From Yuukianura sp. NJ FZ-2021 (lineage: Eukaryota), in NCBI GenBank assembly GCA_046563655.1, contig CM102285.1, positions 14,074,001 through 14,138,000 of the forward strand: a stretch of 64,000 nucleotides of DNA. Reading direction: 5' to 3'. How positions within the stretch are numbered: the first letter of the stretch is position 1; every line of letters starts with the position of its first letter. Shown here piece by piece: positions 34,925 to 47,725 of this stretch. The position numbers and the translations under genes were made by a program. The notes under the pieces were generated by a model. It was not told the origin of the DNA and searched no databases. It saw only the letters and a program-made list of their open reading frames with translations.

Positions 34925-37900
34925 TTAATTTTCCTTGTCTTCCGCCTGAGCCTTCTTCTTCTCCCACTGCATTCGTTGCGTTTCGTGTCCAAAACCTTCA
35001 TCATAATTTCCTTTGATTTTGAACAATTGCTTAAAATGGGGGGTACAGTAAAGTGTTCCCTTGTTGGACGTAAAAGTATCCATCCTGGGTAAAAAGAAAA
35101 GTCATTAATTACTTTTGAACTTCAAGTAATTACTATAATTACAAGGTAATTACAACGTAGTTCAATTGCAAGTTAACTTTCAGTAATTACTCAATTACGA
35201 AGTATTTCAATTGCAAGTTGGACTTCCAGCAATTACCATTGCAAAATATTTCAATCGCAATTTCAACTTAAAGTAATTACTAATTACAAAGTATTTCAAT
35301 TGCATGTTGAACTTCCAGTAATTACTAATTACAAAATATTTGAATTGCAAGAAGAACTTCCACTGATCCCTAAGTACTATGTGATTACAAAAGTAGTTCA
35401 AATTGAACATCCCATCAACTACTAATTACTTTGTAATTACAAAGTATTTCAATTACGAACTTACCGAAGTTGACACTTGCAGTGAGAACACTTCAGACAA
35501 TTTTTGTGGTAAATCTTCCCTCCAACCTCAGTTTTCTCCATAACGTAAACACGTTTTTCACAAATGACACAGTTCTCCATTGCTACTCCAGAGTTCGTCA
35601 GTTCCTGGAAATTCAAAAAACAAAACTTTAGAAAATAAAACCTCAACTTTTTTTTTTCAAAAACTGGAAACAATTTTTGAGGAACAGGACATGACAAACT
35701 TACAGACGACAGGAAATTGATTGGCACTGAGGCAGGAAGAGGTTGAGAAATTTATAGAACTAAAAAGTGTGGAGGAAGGAGGAAAGTTTTTAAGAAAAAT
35801 CCAAGTTAGTACTCCTACTACTCAAGAATCTACAAATAGGCGATCATCGGAATGTCTGACCTTCGTTTGACCTAAAGCGTTGGTGACCTTGAGCGTAAAG
35901 ACAATCTTGGAAGATCTTCAAAGGAAAAGTAATCCCCAGCGACAGCAGCAGCAGTGCGCACCCGTTGGTAGATTCAAAGGCATAGACTTTTAATTTAAAA
36001 GCAGCAGGAACATCCCGAATCCCGAAGTTTCAAGCAGGAAAAGCGAACTGATCCGAGAAAAGGAGGAAAAAGTTGAAGTAGGGGGAAAATTTTATGGTTT
36101 TACACAACTAGAGAACTGAATGCTCAGAGTTGTGGAAAGATGTGAATCAAAATCCTTGTTTCTTCATACTATTTATAATCCTTCCAGAAAAGTCCACTTT
36201 CGGATATAAACTTGTTTTAAAAGCTTGAGCAAATGCAGACATGAGGAGGAGGTGTGGCAAGATACAAGCTTTTACCCGGATGCGCCCAAGAAATTTTTGA
36301 CGAGCCAGTGAAAGACAGAAACCACAAAACCAAAATTTCATTATGTAATTTTGTAGTTTCGAAAATTTCGTGAGAAATGAAAAATGAGCTTGAAATTTTA
36401 TTTTGAAATTCCAAAAGAAACTGAAGTTTTTTGAGCAGCAAAACAAGAAAAAAAGACAGAAAGTTGGAGGTGTGTAACTACCAAAAAAAAATGAAAATTT
36501 CGATTCAAAATTAAAATCGAATAATTCTAGGCGTTTAAAATTTTTGGGTAGAAAATTGTTGAAATTCTTGGTTAATTAATTTTTTTTTGTTAATTAAGCA
36601 CCCGTATTTTCTGAAGTTAAAGCATAGTGAAATGCACCATTTCGCCCCCCATAAGCTCCCCGAAAAGTTTTCAAAGCATGAGAAGCAAAAAGTATTTCTA
36701 AAGTAGTAAGTACTTAAAAGTAAGTTTTCATTTTTGAATTTTCTGAAAACCGTAATTTTAAAAATTCCAGTTCCAGTGTTGACTGCTTTACGTCGTACGC
36801 TGATCGTCGCTGATTCAGTTTCTTACCACAAAGCGATTCACTTTAATGTCTCGTCGCTTTCGTAACTTTTCTTCCTCTTCTCGCTTGAGATTTTCAAATT
36901 TGGCACGCAGATCTTTCGTAGACTCAATTGAAGCTTGGTCCTTATCAAAAGAGTCGTTGGCTGAAGTGTTCCTCTCAGATTCATCGGCCTCCCACCGCTC
37001 AAATTTCGCACGGAGTGAAGAAGCACGAGCCAAACTCTGGAAAAATCATTCAAAACAGACTCATTCAACCTTCAACCACAAAAGCAACGACACCTTGATT
37101 ATCACTAAAAGTTAAAATGTGTCACTAATTGACATGGCGTGCTGGTGTGCTTCAGTGTCATCCAAGACAGCATACTTGGTAAGCTGGTGGTGCTTGATAG
37201 ACGGTACAAGTGACACCAATGTACAAGTACTTTTTGACATGATTAATCGATTAATCAAAAGTTGTCAACTTACCCCAACTTCCTTGATGAGGTCTTCCTT
37301 CAAAGGACTTGGTTGTGGAGATTCGATACTTTCTTCTTCGGAACTCTCGTCATCTTCTGCTGGACGAAGAGGTTCCCTGGGTGGAGTAAATTCTTTGAGT
37401 GGTCGGACAACTTTCTGATCCTGAGCACCTTTCTGTTCCAATTGACGGAAAACAGACAGCATTTTGGATGCAGTGCGAGTAACCGGGATGGCAGGTTCGG
37501 CTGAGTCGGAACTCCGGACAATGGACGGATCGCGATAAACTTCAACCTCTGGCTCTTCGATCTGGACACAATCAAGATAACAAGTTGAGATCTAAGCTCA
37601 TCAATTGATTGATGTCAACTTTTGATTACTTTGTAAGTGTTACCTGTTCCTCTCTTGGAGGTGTGATTCTAAATACCTTCTTCTCAGCCTTCTCCTGATG
37701 TCTACCTTCTTCGAAGAACTTAAATTTGGATCCAATGTCCACCGGTTTAACAATTTCTTCAATCACTTCTGAACTTCTGATCACATCTGCCTTCTGCAAT
37801 TGCAACAATTTGTTAAGTAATTGACAGGAAATAGGGTATAAATTCTGTGAGGAATTGGATATCTTACGCTAAGGCTCTCAGTTCTGTCAATTCGTTTTGG

Positions 37901-40900
37901 TTTAGGCAGTTGAGCTGGCGGTGGTTGAATGACACCTCCTTTATCCAGATCCTTGAACAGTTGACGAGACTGTTTGGCTATGGCCGACTCAAACACTTCT
38001 CCCTCCAACTTGGAATCTCCCTTGGACCCGTCCTTGAAGTCCCCCTTTTCAAACATCTCCTTGAGTCCCTTGGCAGTGTCACTCTTGACAATTTCGTCTG
38101 GACTGATGGGTGACTTGGATTCGATAGACTCAGCACCCTCTACAGCCTTTTCGTACATTTCCTTCAACTGAAGATTCTTTCCGTGCAGCAAGCGACTTCT
38201 AAACTTGGACTGCTCCTCTTTTCGATGTTCAGTGATGATTTCAGAACGATTGCTCATTCCCTGGGCCCACTTGTTGCGAACCTAATAGTACAAGTGACAA
38301 TACAAACGAGAATTAGCAAACTTTAATTCCCATAAACAAAGTCTCTCTCTAGATGAAAAAGAAACAGTTGATCGGATTCTTACAGAGTCAATGGCCTCCG
38401 AATTTATTTCGTCCAAAATATGCGGCTGAAATAGATAAAAAAAATCGCCATCAGTGACCTTTTCGAGTCACATGATTCTTCAATAGTTTTAATCTAGTAA
38501 TTGACGTTTCATTTTTCAAACAAAACGCTATATAGATGTTTACATGCTAAAGTTGGATGTGTAACAATGCCGTTAAAAATATGATGCTTTTCGTCATTCA
38601 GAACTGGTTTCGTATCTAATTAACTCCGTTTCACACCTACCGTTTACAAATTTAGCTAAAGCAATCTTATCCAGTTACAGTCAACCTGGATTACTTTGGA
38701 TAACTGGATCTTCTGAAGCAACTTGGAACTTGGAAGGATGACACAAATGTAACTCATGTACACCGTACACGTAGACAGCAAGGTGTACTGTACAAAGTAC
38801 GACGTACAGACAGTAGGATAAATTGAATTGACAAAGACAAATATTGACAACGCCTATCCCGGTTTATGTAAATGAGCCTCAGGCTATAGGTTTCCCCATA
38901 GAAGAACCAGACTCAGGTGAATTGACATAAAAAACTGCAGCAACAATAAGGTAAACAATTGAACGGCTCCAACCCTACTTCAACCAAATTGCACAGCATG
39001 AACTTTCACCTTTGTTACCAATTCAATTGTCAATTGTGTAGAAACTTGAATCATTTAACTTAAGTAATGGTTTAACGCTTTTGGAGCATCAATTGGTTCA
39101 CACAAGGATGCAGAATTGCAAACCATTACTAATTTCTATTATTTCCCTTCCATACCAATTCGGAAACGTAACAATTTCGTTTTCTACTGTCAAAATTGGG
39201 CAATTACCTTGCGACTGTTGTCAACTTCGTCATCAGACGATTGTTCCTGGTCATCCGAAGGACCATGTCCACCAGCCAAAGCTTCATCCGGTACTCCAAT
39301 GTCCATTCCGACCTTGGACTGATACTTGGCCAACTTGGCTAAAACACTTCCAGATCTAAGACAGTTAAAAAACAGTGTGAAAAACCAACAAAATTAAAAC
39401 TTTTCCAACTAAAAGTAACACTTTGCTTAAAATCTTGACACTTTTTGGTTTTAAAAAGAGAGGAAGTGGCTGACCTTTTGGGTTGTGGTGGTGGTTCGGT
39501 TGGCTCCTTTTCCTGATGCTGAAAGTTTTCAAATAATTGAAACTTGGATTTGAGGTCAAGATGTAAGTCTTCCAATCCCTTGTCCACAACTTCACAGGCT
39601 ACAAAGTAAAAAGACAAATATAGAATGCAAAAGACAGAATGATGATGAACTTGACTAATAACTTACAAACTAAACCTTGACTTATGTCATTTGTCAACTT
39701 TTCTCTAGCAACTAAAAACTTCTAATGTCCTAGAAGCTGTAAATTATGGTCATGTTTCAAAAGTTGACGTCAGGGACTCTCTTGGAACAAGATAAAAAGA
39801 GACAATGGAATAAAAAGTCTATGCCTTTTTATAGTATCGGTTGACAAATGACTAAAATCCAGTTGGAAAATGGTAATTGTAATGGAAATTATATGTTAAA
39901 CTTTTTAAACTTTTTGTGTGCCATTCATTTCCCAGATGCATTTTTTAACCGCAAATGATACCGTAGACACTACAATTCAAAAGAAAAAGTTGCATCTCAC
40001 CCTCTCTAATGTACTAAAAACTCAACTTTTATAGAAATGATGTCATTCTTTTCTACGAAAAAGTCAACAGTTGGCGTCTTAAAGTTGACCTTTCGCGCGT
40101 TAAGACACTAAAATTTGACCTCTGCCGTCTTAGCATGACGCAATAACGTCACACTTGGCGTCAAAGACGATGACGTATGACGTTTTCCACTAAATTCGCC
40201 AAATTTTATGACTCCTCCCCCTAAAATTCTATGCTTCAAAAACTTTAATTCTTTTTACTGCTCGAATAATTGTCGTCGTAAATTGAGGAATGACAAAAAA
40301 CAATGAAATTCAATAACCAACTTCAGTCATTTCCTATTTCATGCGCAGCAGCACAATTTATGCTGCGCCACGGTGGTGATTCAAGCGTGTCTCACACCGT
40401 GACATACCAAATGGGTGTGTTGGACTCCCATCCATCGTTACAAATCACACTGTCAAAAAAATTATGCTTAGCGGCTCCTCTTTAACGACTTCGGCTTGTG
40501 ACCAGAACCGTGACCAATCAAATTGTGAGGACGACGACAAAAATAATAAGTACAGCTCTTAGGGGGTACTTAAAATTTTAGCATTGTTATTAAAAGTTTA
40601 GTATTGTTATTATGTACCTCTGACACACCCTTCCGGTAGTGGAGCTGGCTGGGATTCACGGATGATGACCTCTGTCCGGTCAATCGGTTTCTCTTGACCT
40701 TCTTCAGGCACAACGGCCTTTGGCTGGAACAGTTCCTTAAAGTGGGGACGACAGTACAGGAGCCCTTCATGCGACGAGTAGGCCTCAACACTAGCAAAAA
40801 TCAAAAGTAATCATAAAATTTAATTAACAAATCGTAAAATTTAATTAATCAAACACATGGGCGGGGTCACAGCCCAGAGGCTTCGTAAGTTTTAAAAATG

Positions 40901-42775
40901 GCGGCAAAAAGAGTATCAACTTTAACTTACCTAAGCACTTTACTGCACACTGAGCACCGGAAACATGTTTTGTGCCATTCGGCTTTCTCGGCCTTGAGAC
41001 ATTCCATGGCAAACACTTGATGTCCACATTTCTTACACACTTTCTTCATCTCTTCCACTGGTTTCTTCTAAAAGCGACAATTAATCAATCGATTCATCAA
41101 TTAATCAATCAATTCAAAACGTATAAAGGTCACGGTTGCCATTTTTTCAGTAAGTTCAAGGTCACTCACCTCCACAGAATCGCCTTTGGCCACCCCCGGA
41201 GATGCCGGGGACGGCGCATGCCCATTCGTCTGCTTCTCCTCCAACATGTTCAGTTTTGACAAACTAGATTTCTAAAAATTCAAAAAAAAAGTTTTTCAAA
41301 CTCGCCAAAAAAAAATTTTTTTTAAATAAAACCTGTGTTTTTCTTAAAAGTGGTCGCCGTTAGTTGCTTGAAAAGCAAAATCGTTGCTTACCCGGCACTG
41401 GTCCTCGTCCAGAGAACTTTTCGGACGCTAAAAACACAAATTTTAAGCGCATGCGTGTCACTCTTGATTAGTTTCAATTAAGGTAATGTTAAAGTTAAGT
41501 TAGGATTTTGCTCGTAGTAGGTCATTAGAGCGAAAACAATAGTCGCTAATTAAGTAAGTTGGCAACAGTGGCAGGTTAAGTTTTTTTAACATGGCGTGTC
41601 ATTGGTAAATGTGGTTCAGTATTGCCAACTTGCGAAATTCGCGCTTATTGTTTTCGCACTAATGACGCGGAACCGTTTTTGCTTACTTTTCTAAGGGAAT
41701 GGCTGCTGTGATCCTCTCTACCGCTCAATTCAGAAGTGTCGGCAAAACATCGTCTCTAATTTACAAGTTAGTTTTTGTCAATTAGTGACACAAACCCACA
41801 ATTTGAATCCCTGATTAAGACCATCATAAGAAGCTCAGAGGCTACAAATTAGTTAGTAATTGGGTTAGTCGTGCTTTTTTCTTACCACTTTCTCAACTGA
41901 AACGTCTCTGCAATCGTCGTCCGGAAGAGTACTTTCCTAAAGTACACACGAAACAAATTCACAAAGTAAGAAAACGGGGTTAGTCTAACTCGGATTAAAA
42001 CCCGTTAAGCCAGTTTTTATAAAATTTGAACACAAAGGTCAATCAACCGATGCTCCAACCATCACATACACACGAGTTCAACTTTTGAAGAAAAAAACTG
42101 ACATGAGTTCAACTTTTTCAAAAAAAAAAAAGTGCCATGCAGTAAGTTAATGATGTGAGGAAAAAAAACAAAACAACAAAACCGTTTTTGTGTTTTTATG
42201 AAAAACGCATTGTAGAAAACAGAAAAATGGAAGCAAAAAGCCAAATTTGACCCACTTTGTAAACTTAAAAGCTCTCGAATGTCACGGGGTCATCGGGTTA
42301 ACAGATCTTGAAGTGTCAGCATTTGACAGGGTTAGATCATGTTAACTGACAAGATTAACGTTGACCCGATGACCTTTGCAGAAAATAAGTTGAAATTCGA
42401 CTTACGACTGAAATGGATTCAGTTCTGCTCGATTTCTTCTTTTTTACTTTCGTCGTCGTCGTGGTCGCGGTCATTGTCGTCTGCATTTGAGTTTCAACCG
42501 GCCCGTTTTTCTGAAAAAATGAAAATTCAAAATCAAAAATCAGATTTTTTGAAAAGCGAAGTTGGTTATAATTGTTAGTTTTCACAAAAAAAAACTTCAA
42601 AAAGTGTAAGTTTTTAAGTTCTCAAAAATGTTACGCATGCAATTGTTACATTCTCCGGGATGTCGCCGGCGACATTGTCGTCGTTGTGCTCCGCGAGGTC
42701 ACCGTCAGCATTCACCGGGTCAAAATGGAGGTCATCCGGCCGGGGTTGAGGCGAAGGACTTTCACACGCAAACAT
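34925..42775 (-). CDS. Multi-exon LIM-domain actin-associated protein (LIMA1/XIRP2/LIMD2-like LIMs at both ends); N-terminus uncertain, alternative starts
   Basis: LIM1 VCKKCGHQVFAMECLKAEKAEWHKTCFRCSVCSKVLS|VEAYSSHEGLLYCRPHFKELF. Central repeats LKSKFQLFE, LKEMYEK, IGSKFKFFE, LRAKFERWE. LIM2 CVICEKRVYVMEK...HKNCLKCSHCKCQLR|...LYCTPHFKQLFKIKGNYDEGFG. Candidate ATGs at 41247 and 42775. Confidence 0.8.
35105..35456. repeat. Intronic degenerate tandem repeat (~45-50 bp; agtaattactaattacaaagtatttcaattgca)
   Basis: About six diverged copies fill the last intron of the LIM gene. The taattac motif also repeats at 34550-34600. Confidence 0.75.
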
Positions 42776-44329
42776 CAACTCCTCTTCTTCTCCTCCCCAA
42801 CTTACCTCCATTGTTAATTAGATTTGCAAAGTAATCCAACGATTGTCCAATCAGCGATTCAGATTTCAGCGGTTGACCAATCAGAAATCGACCTAAGGAA
42901 AAATCCAAATTGAACTTTAGAAAATCTTGACTTTTGATTAAAAAGTGTTGACAATTGAGTTCACAAAAAATGTTCAGCTCCAAGATTTTTTGTGTTCACT
43001 CTCCTCACGAATTCCTTCTGAATCAACTTTTCAAAATCTCGAATTTTCCAAAAGATCAGTGAATCTTTCCAAGAACTAAATTTTGTAATACGTACACAGC
43101 GTCTGTCACTTTGCCAAAAAACATATTCCTACGACTTTACTATTTTTAGAACCCGAAAAAATCCACCGACTCCCGGATATTTTTTAACCGGTCGTTTTCC
43201 TCTCGCTCTCTCTGGAATTTCAAAGATCAAAAACCGAAAAAAACTCACCAGCAGTTTCTTCGATTCCCAAAGTCTTTCAAAGTTTTTTCAAAAGCTTTCC
43301 TTGGCACGGGCACTGACACTCAAGTATTTTGAACTCTCCGAAGTTTGTGCTTGACTGACAAGACTACTCCACTTCTTCAGCAGTCAAATGCAGCTTAATG
43401 CGGGGGTGAAGATCTCAAGTTCAGTATAAGATGTGCTCTCTCGTGTGAAAAACGCTTCTTATGCACCAAACTTCTTAAGTCCTGCACCAAGCTTCTTAAA
43501 ATTCTTCTGCAAGCTTAACTTCTCAAGAGTTGCAGTTGGACCGCCTTGTTTGGAAATGACTTCTCCGCTGTCCGCTGCTAAGTGATTCGAGACAATAAGA
43601 TGAAGTTGTTCCTTCCGGCGATGCTTGTTCCTCCAACTTCAGCAGCACATTCACCTTCTCAGTGTTCAGAGGTATGCAGTGGACCTGAGTCAGAGAAGAG
43701 GAGAAAAAGTTTACTTTCGATGCAATGCAACAAATACAAAATTAAATTAAGACTTAACACGACCACCACCCTCCTCTCTTCTTCTCTCACTTCTCAACCT
43801 CAATCCTAAAAACTTAAGAGAAGATCAATTGAAATATGCAGGGCATCATGAGAAAAATACTGTTTGTTGGGGTTACGTTCTTCTTTTTTGTCATCCATAT
43901 GAGAATAATCCCCCCTTGAGAGCTTGGATCTGCATCTCATCCCCTTCTTCCCTGAGCGGTTAGGTTGGTTAGGTTATGATGGTTAGGTTTTAGATGGTTA
44001 GGTTGAGCTCATCGTATTCCCATTGCATAGGGTGACTAACGGGAAAGTTATGGATTGTCATGTCCTTCTCACTCCCTTCTACAAGATGAACCTTGGATAA
44101 GTTGGATCCCCTCTTCGTCGTAATTCTCAGAAATCCGCTTCCTCTTTTGGTCCGTGGCCTCTGTGCTTCTAAACAATCTTTTATTAGGCAACAAACAAAA
44201 ATAAGTTATGAAGTTATTGGCAATTGAGTAATGTATAATAAATTAAACACTTTGATTCCTTGTCAGCACACGTTGTTAGTGTCACGTCCAAGTCCTTGAA
44301 GTGTCAGGGATTGTGACATTGGATTTCGC

Positions 44330-46224
44330 TCATACCGGAAAGTATTGCACTGCAGATGACACGCGCGTAGAAAGTGGAGGTTGGCTGAACGGACTGAGCC
44401 AGCCAATAGAAAAGCGGCCAAAGACGGACTGCAGGCTCTTCCACTTCGATTTCTTCCGCCATCTTGCTTCTTCTTTCTTCAGTTGCTCAATTCCCTACAA
44501 ATGAAACAATAAACTGCGTTAAATTACAATTGTTATCACGTGGGACATCAATCAAAAGATGTCAATCATTGATTAATTAAGTAGATGAATCAAAACGGAA
44601 CAAGGGCGAGAGAACGGAATTCGAAAAGCGGAAAAACGGTTTAACTTTTTAGCGGAAGTGGTTTTAGATCATGCGAAAAATTTGACCGACTTTGGGCTAC
44701 TTTGGACTTTAAAAAGTCAGTCGCTTTTGACTAAAAACTGGAAAAAGTCAGTGACTTTTGACTAAAAACTTGAAAAAGTCAGTGACTTTTTGACTTTAAA
44801 AAGTCAGTGACTTACGGTTTCGTCGTTGGAAATGGCATTAAGTTGTGTTCCCAACATTACGGCTGTGAAAATTGTGAAAAGCAGGGCTTCAAAGATGAGG
44901 AAAATGAGAAAGACGACGGTGGCTGGCGGAGTGTAGCTGCCGCATTCTTTCCATTCAGTCTGAATACAGTTGATGAAGTGATGAACTCCGAGGATCATGG
45001 AATGAATTGATAGCAGGGCAATGTAAAACTAAAAAAAGCAACAGTGAATTAATTCATGAATCAACAACATCTTATTCATGATTCTGAGGAAAAACACTCA
45101 CGTTGAAGAGGACGAAGAACTTTTGGTTGTTTTCTCCCACGCAGTTATTCACCTAAAATTCAAATCGGCAAATCAGTCTTTTAGTCCCACTTTTAACGTT
45201 GACAATTTCTAAATCGTGACCGTTAATAATTAATGACCGTGTGAGGCTTACCCATGGACAGTGATGATCTACAAACAGAAAGAGAAATCAAGACAAAGTT
45301 AAAAAAACAAAAGTTTTTTTTTGAAAATACTTGATTTTAAAATGAAAAACTTATCCACTGACCCATTTTTCTAATACATCTTTGGCAAACGGAACAATGA
45401 TGGGCTCGTTCAGGTTTAATACTGCAACATTTCGGACATTTGTAAACGATTTGACCTTGGCGTAGCCCCATTTGCTGAATCATCTCTCTCGTGGCATTTC
45501 CTCGCGGCACGGCGCCCTTAAATAAATAACAGAATTTTCGATTAATCAAGAAACAAATGACATTTACATTAAAAGGCAGACAATAGAATTGAAATCTTAC
45601 CGGATCAGTGAACATTGTTCTGAAGTGGGAACTCAAAGCGAGAATGGCAATAGCTTGCCAAATGACTCCATTGATGTTTCTGTAAACCGGGTAAGAGCTG
45701 CTGAACAGGATTATTCGCATCACAACAAATTCGGCGTAGAATACTAAGAACCAGGTCAATATTGCACAGATAAAGCCACAGATATCCTAGAAATCAGAAC
45801 AATGTAACCTCAGTTGTCGTTTTTAAAACGATTTTAGTAAAATTCGCAAATTAAGTAGCATACCCTGACACACCAAACGGAATTGTTGCAACACTTGTTG
45901 TGTACATCCCTTTGGTCTCTCGTTCTGACATGGGAAATCAATGGTTCTTGATTATGATGATCAGTATATGAACTGTAAGTATCCTGCTCATATTCGTCAT
46001 CTTCATCGTCGTCGATTACTTGATATGAAGATCCAGCATAAGTACCGCCCGGGCAATCACCAAACTCTCCACGGGGTGTATACCTTCAGAAATCAAAAGA
46101 TTAGAATCAAGTCCTTGATTTTCTTAATTTCTGGTTCACCTAAAAAGTCTTACCCGGACGAGGTCCTTTTGGTAGGCGTAATATTGTCATCGGTAAGATA
46201 AAATTCGGGATCATATTCATTCAT
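44330..46224 (-). CDS. ZDHHC3: DHHC palmitoyltransferase, ZDHHC3/7 (GODZ) type
   Basis: [90 protein letters not shown] at 44330. Confidence 0.93.
44700..44812. repeat. Intronic ~31-bp tandem repeat (aaaagtcagtgacttttgactaaaaact)
   Basis: Three to four copies, each with an internal palindrome aaaagtca-g-tgactttt, running into the splice donor. Confidence 0.8.
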
Positions 46225-47725
46225 AATTTATGAATTGCACAAGCCTAGACTAGGATGAACAAAAGTACTGCTGAAGTGGCTGAAAAAAATAGAAAAAAAA
46301 ATCAGTTAAAAACAAATCAATAACAATCTAATTCACTAACTACTAAACTTAAAATTACCCTTTATGCCGTTTGACTTCATAAGCGTGCCACTATAGTACC
46401 TGGATTAAAGTGGCTCAATAATTCAACTGCACTCGATAGGTTACCGGAGCACACTTTTATTAATGTTCAAAACTTAATCAATGAAGGTGGAGCGATGTTC
46501 AGTCCAATGGAGTTTTGTTTGGTCTTAATTGACTAATTAATTTTGTTCCGGCAGAAGATAGGTACATGACAAATGAAGGAATAGATACTAGGCAAATCTC
46601 ACCGCTGCTATCACCTACTCCACTTGGCGTGCTCCACTGCTGAATGAGTAGTTAAGTTGATTTTTGATAATCAGTAATCAGGTAACGGTGATTGATTTGG
46701 AATGCAGCGTTTCACCCCCATCTCTCCAATTGTCCAATTATCAATTGACTGAAATGAAAATGACAACAAAGAAAAGTAACGTTAACGAAGTTTATAGGGA
46801 TATAGCCGCAGAGGGGGTGGCTTCTGCGTCTGCCCCGCCAGTAGGACTGGAAGTGGTGGTGGGTTTGAACCAGCTGCTTTGCCACCCTTAACACACCGAC
46901 CTCAGCAATGCCACGTTTATACTTTTTTTTATTACGCTTTAACTGTTTTCTTGTGTTAGTTTTAGTTAATTAACGTTTCCATTCTTAATTAAAAATAGTA
47001 TGATTCTAATTTTACTCAAGTTAGCAGCTTTCTTATTATTAAAATATCCAAAAAACGGAAGTTTTATAACAACGTTGTTGCCACGTTTAAATGACGTAAA
47101 CAAAGGGTGGTGGGGTGGTGGGTTGGTGGCTTTTGGCAGACCAAGGGAACATTTGCATGCAATGTCTATCCACCCCACTTCCCTTGTGGACGTTAATGGA
47201 CACTTTAATACTGGAGGAATTCCCCCTTCCGTTCCTGCTATATAACTCAACTCCGATATGCAAATCACAAAAACATTTTAATTTTTACACAGTTCTCATT
47301 CAGTGATGATTAAATTATCTAACGGGATACCTGGAATCACTGTTTAGCACTAGCAGTTAGACGAATTCCATTATCCAGTATCTGACTCGGCCCAGCTGAA
47401 GAGATCACTGTTTGCTAAATGACGGAAGTCGTTAATTTGACCTTCAAATTACCAACCAGACTAAGGTAAAAACCATTGGTCTTGCTCTTTTACCTCATTC
47501 GCCAAGTATAGCATTGGTTTATAACTTCCGCAGTGCTTTCAGAACGTAGTGAAACAATTGATTGTCATATGAGCTTACTATTATCAGAATTTGACTTGAT
47601 TCATGACTTTTTGCAGAGGCATGTAGACGTTTTCGTCACGTCGATACTGGAGACGGGTGTTGGGATTGATGCGAACTGGGATTCGGTGTTGGTAGTTTTA
47701 GTCAAGTGCGTGGCTCATCAGTACC

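Noticed and set aside
43958..44004. Four ggttaggtt units resembling the arthropod telomere repeat TTAGG
   Set aside because: Short, interrupted and interstitial; not enough to call a telomeric remnant.
46966..47306. Overlapping 60-100-aa ORFs between ZDHHC3 and Asx
   Set aside because: No motifs or coding-like composition. They probably lie in Asx 5'UTR exons or introns.
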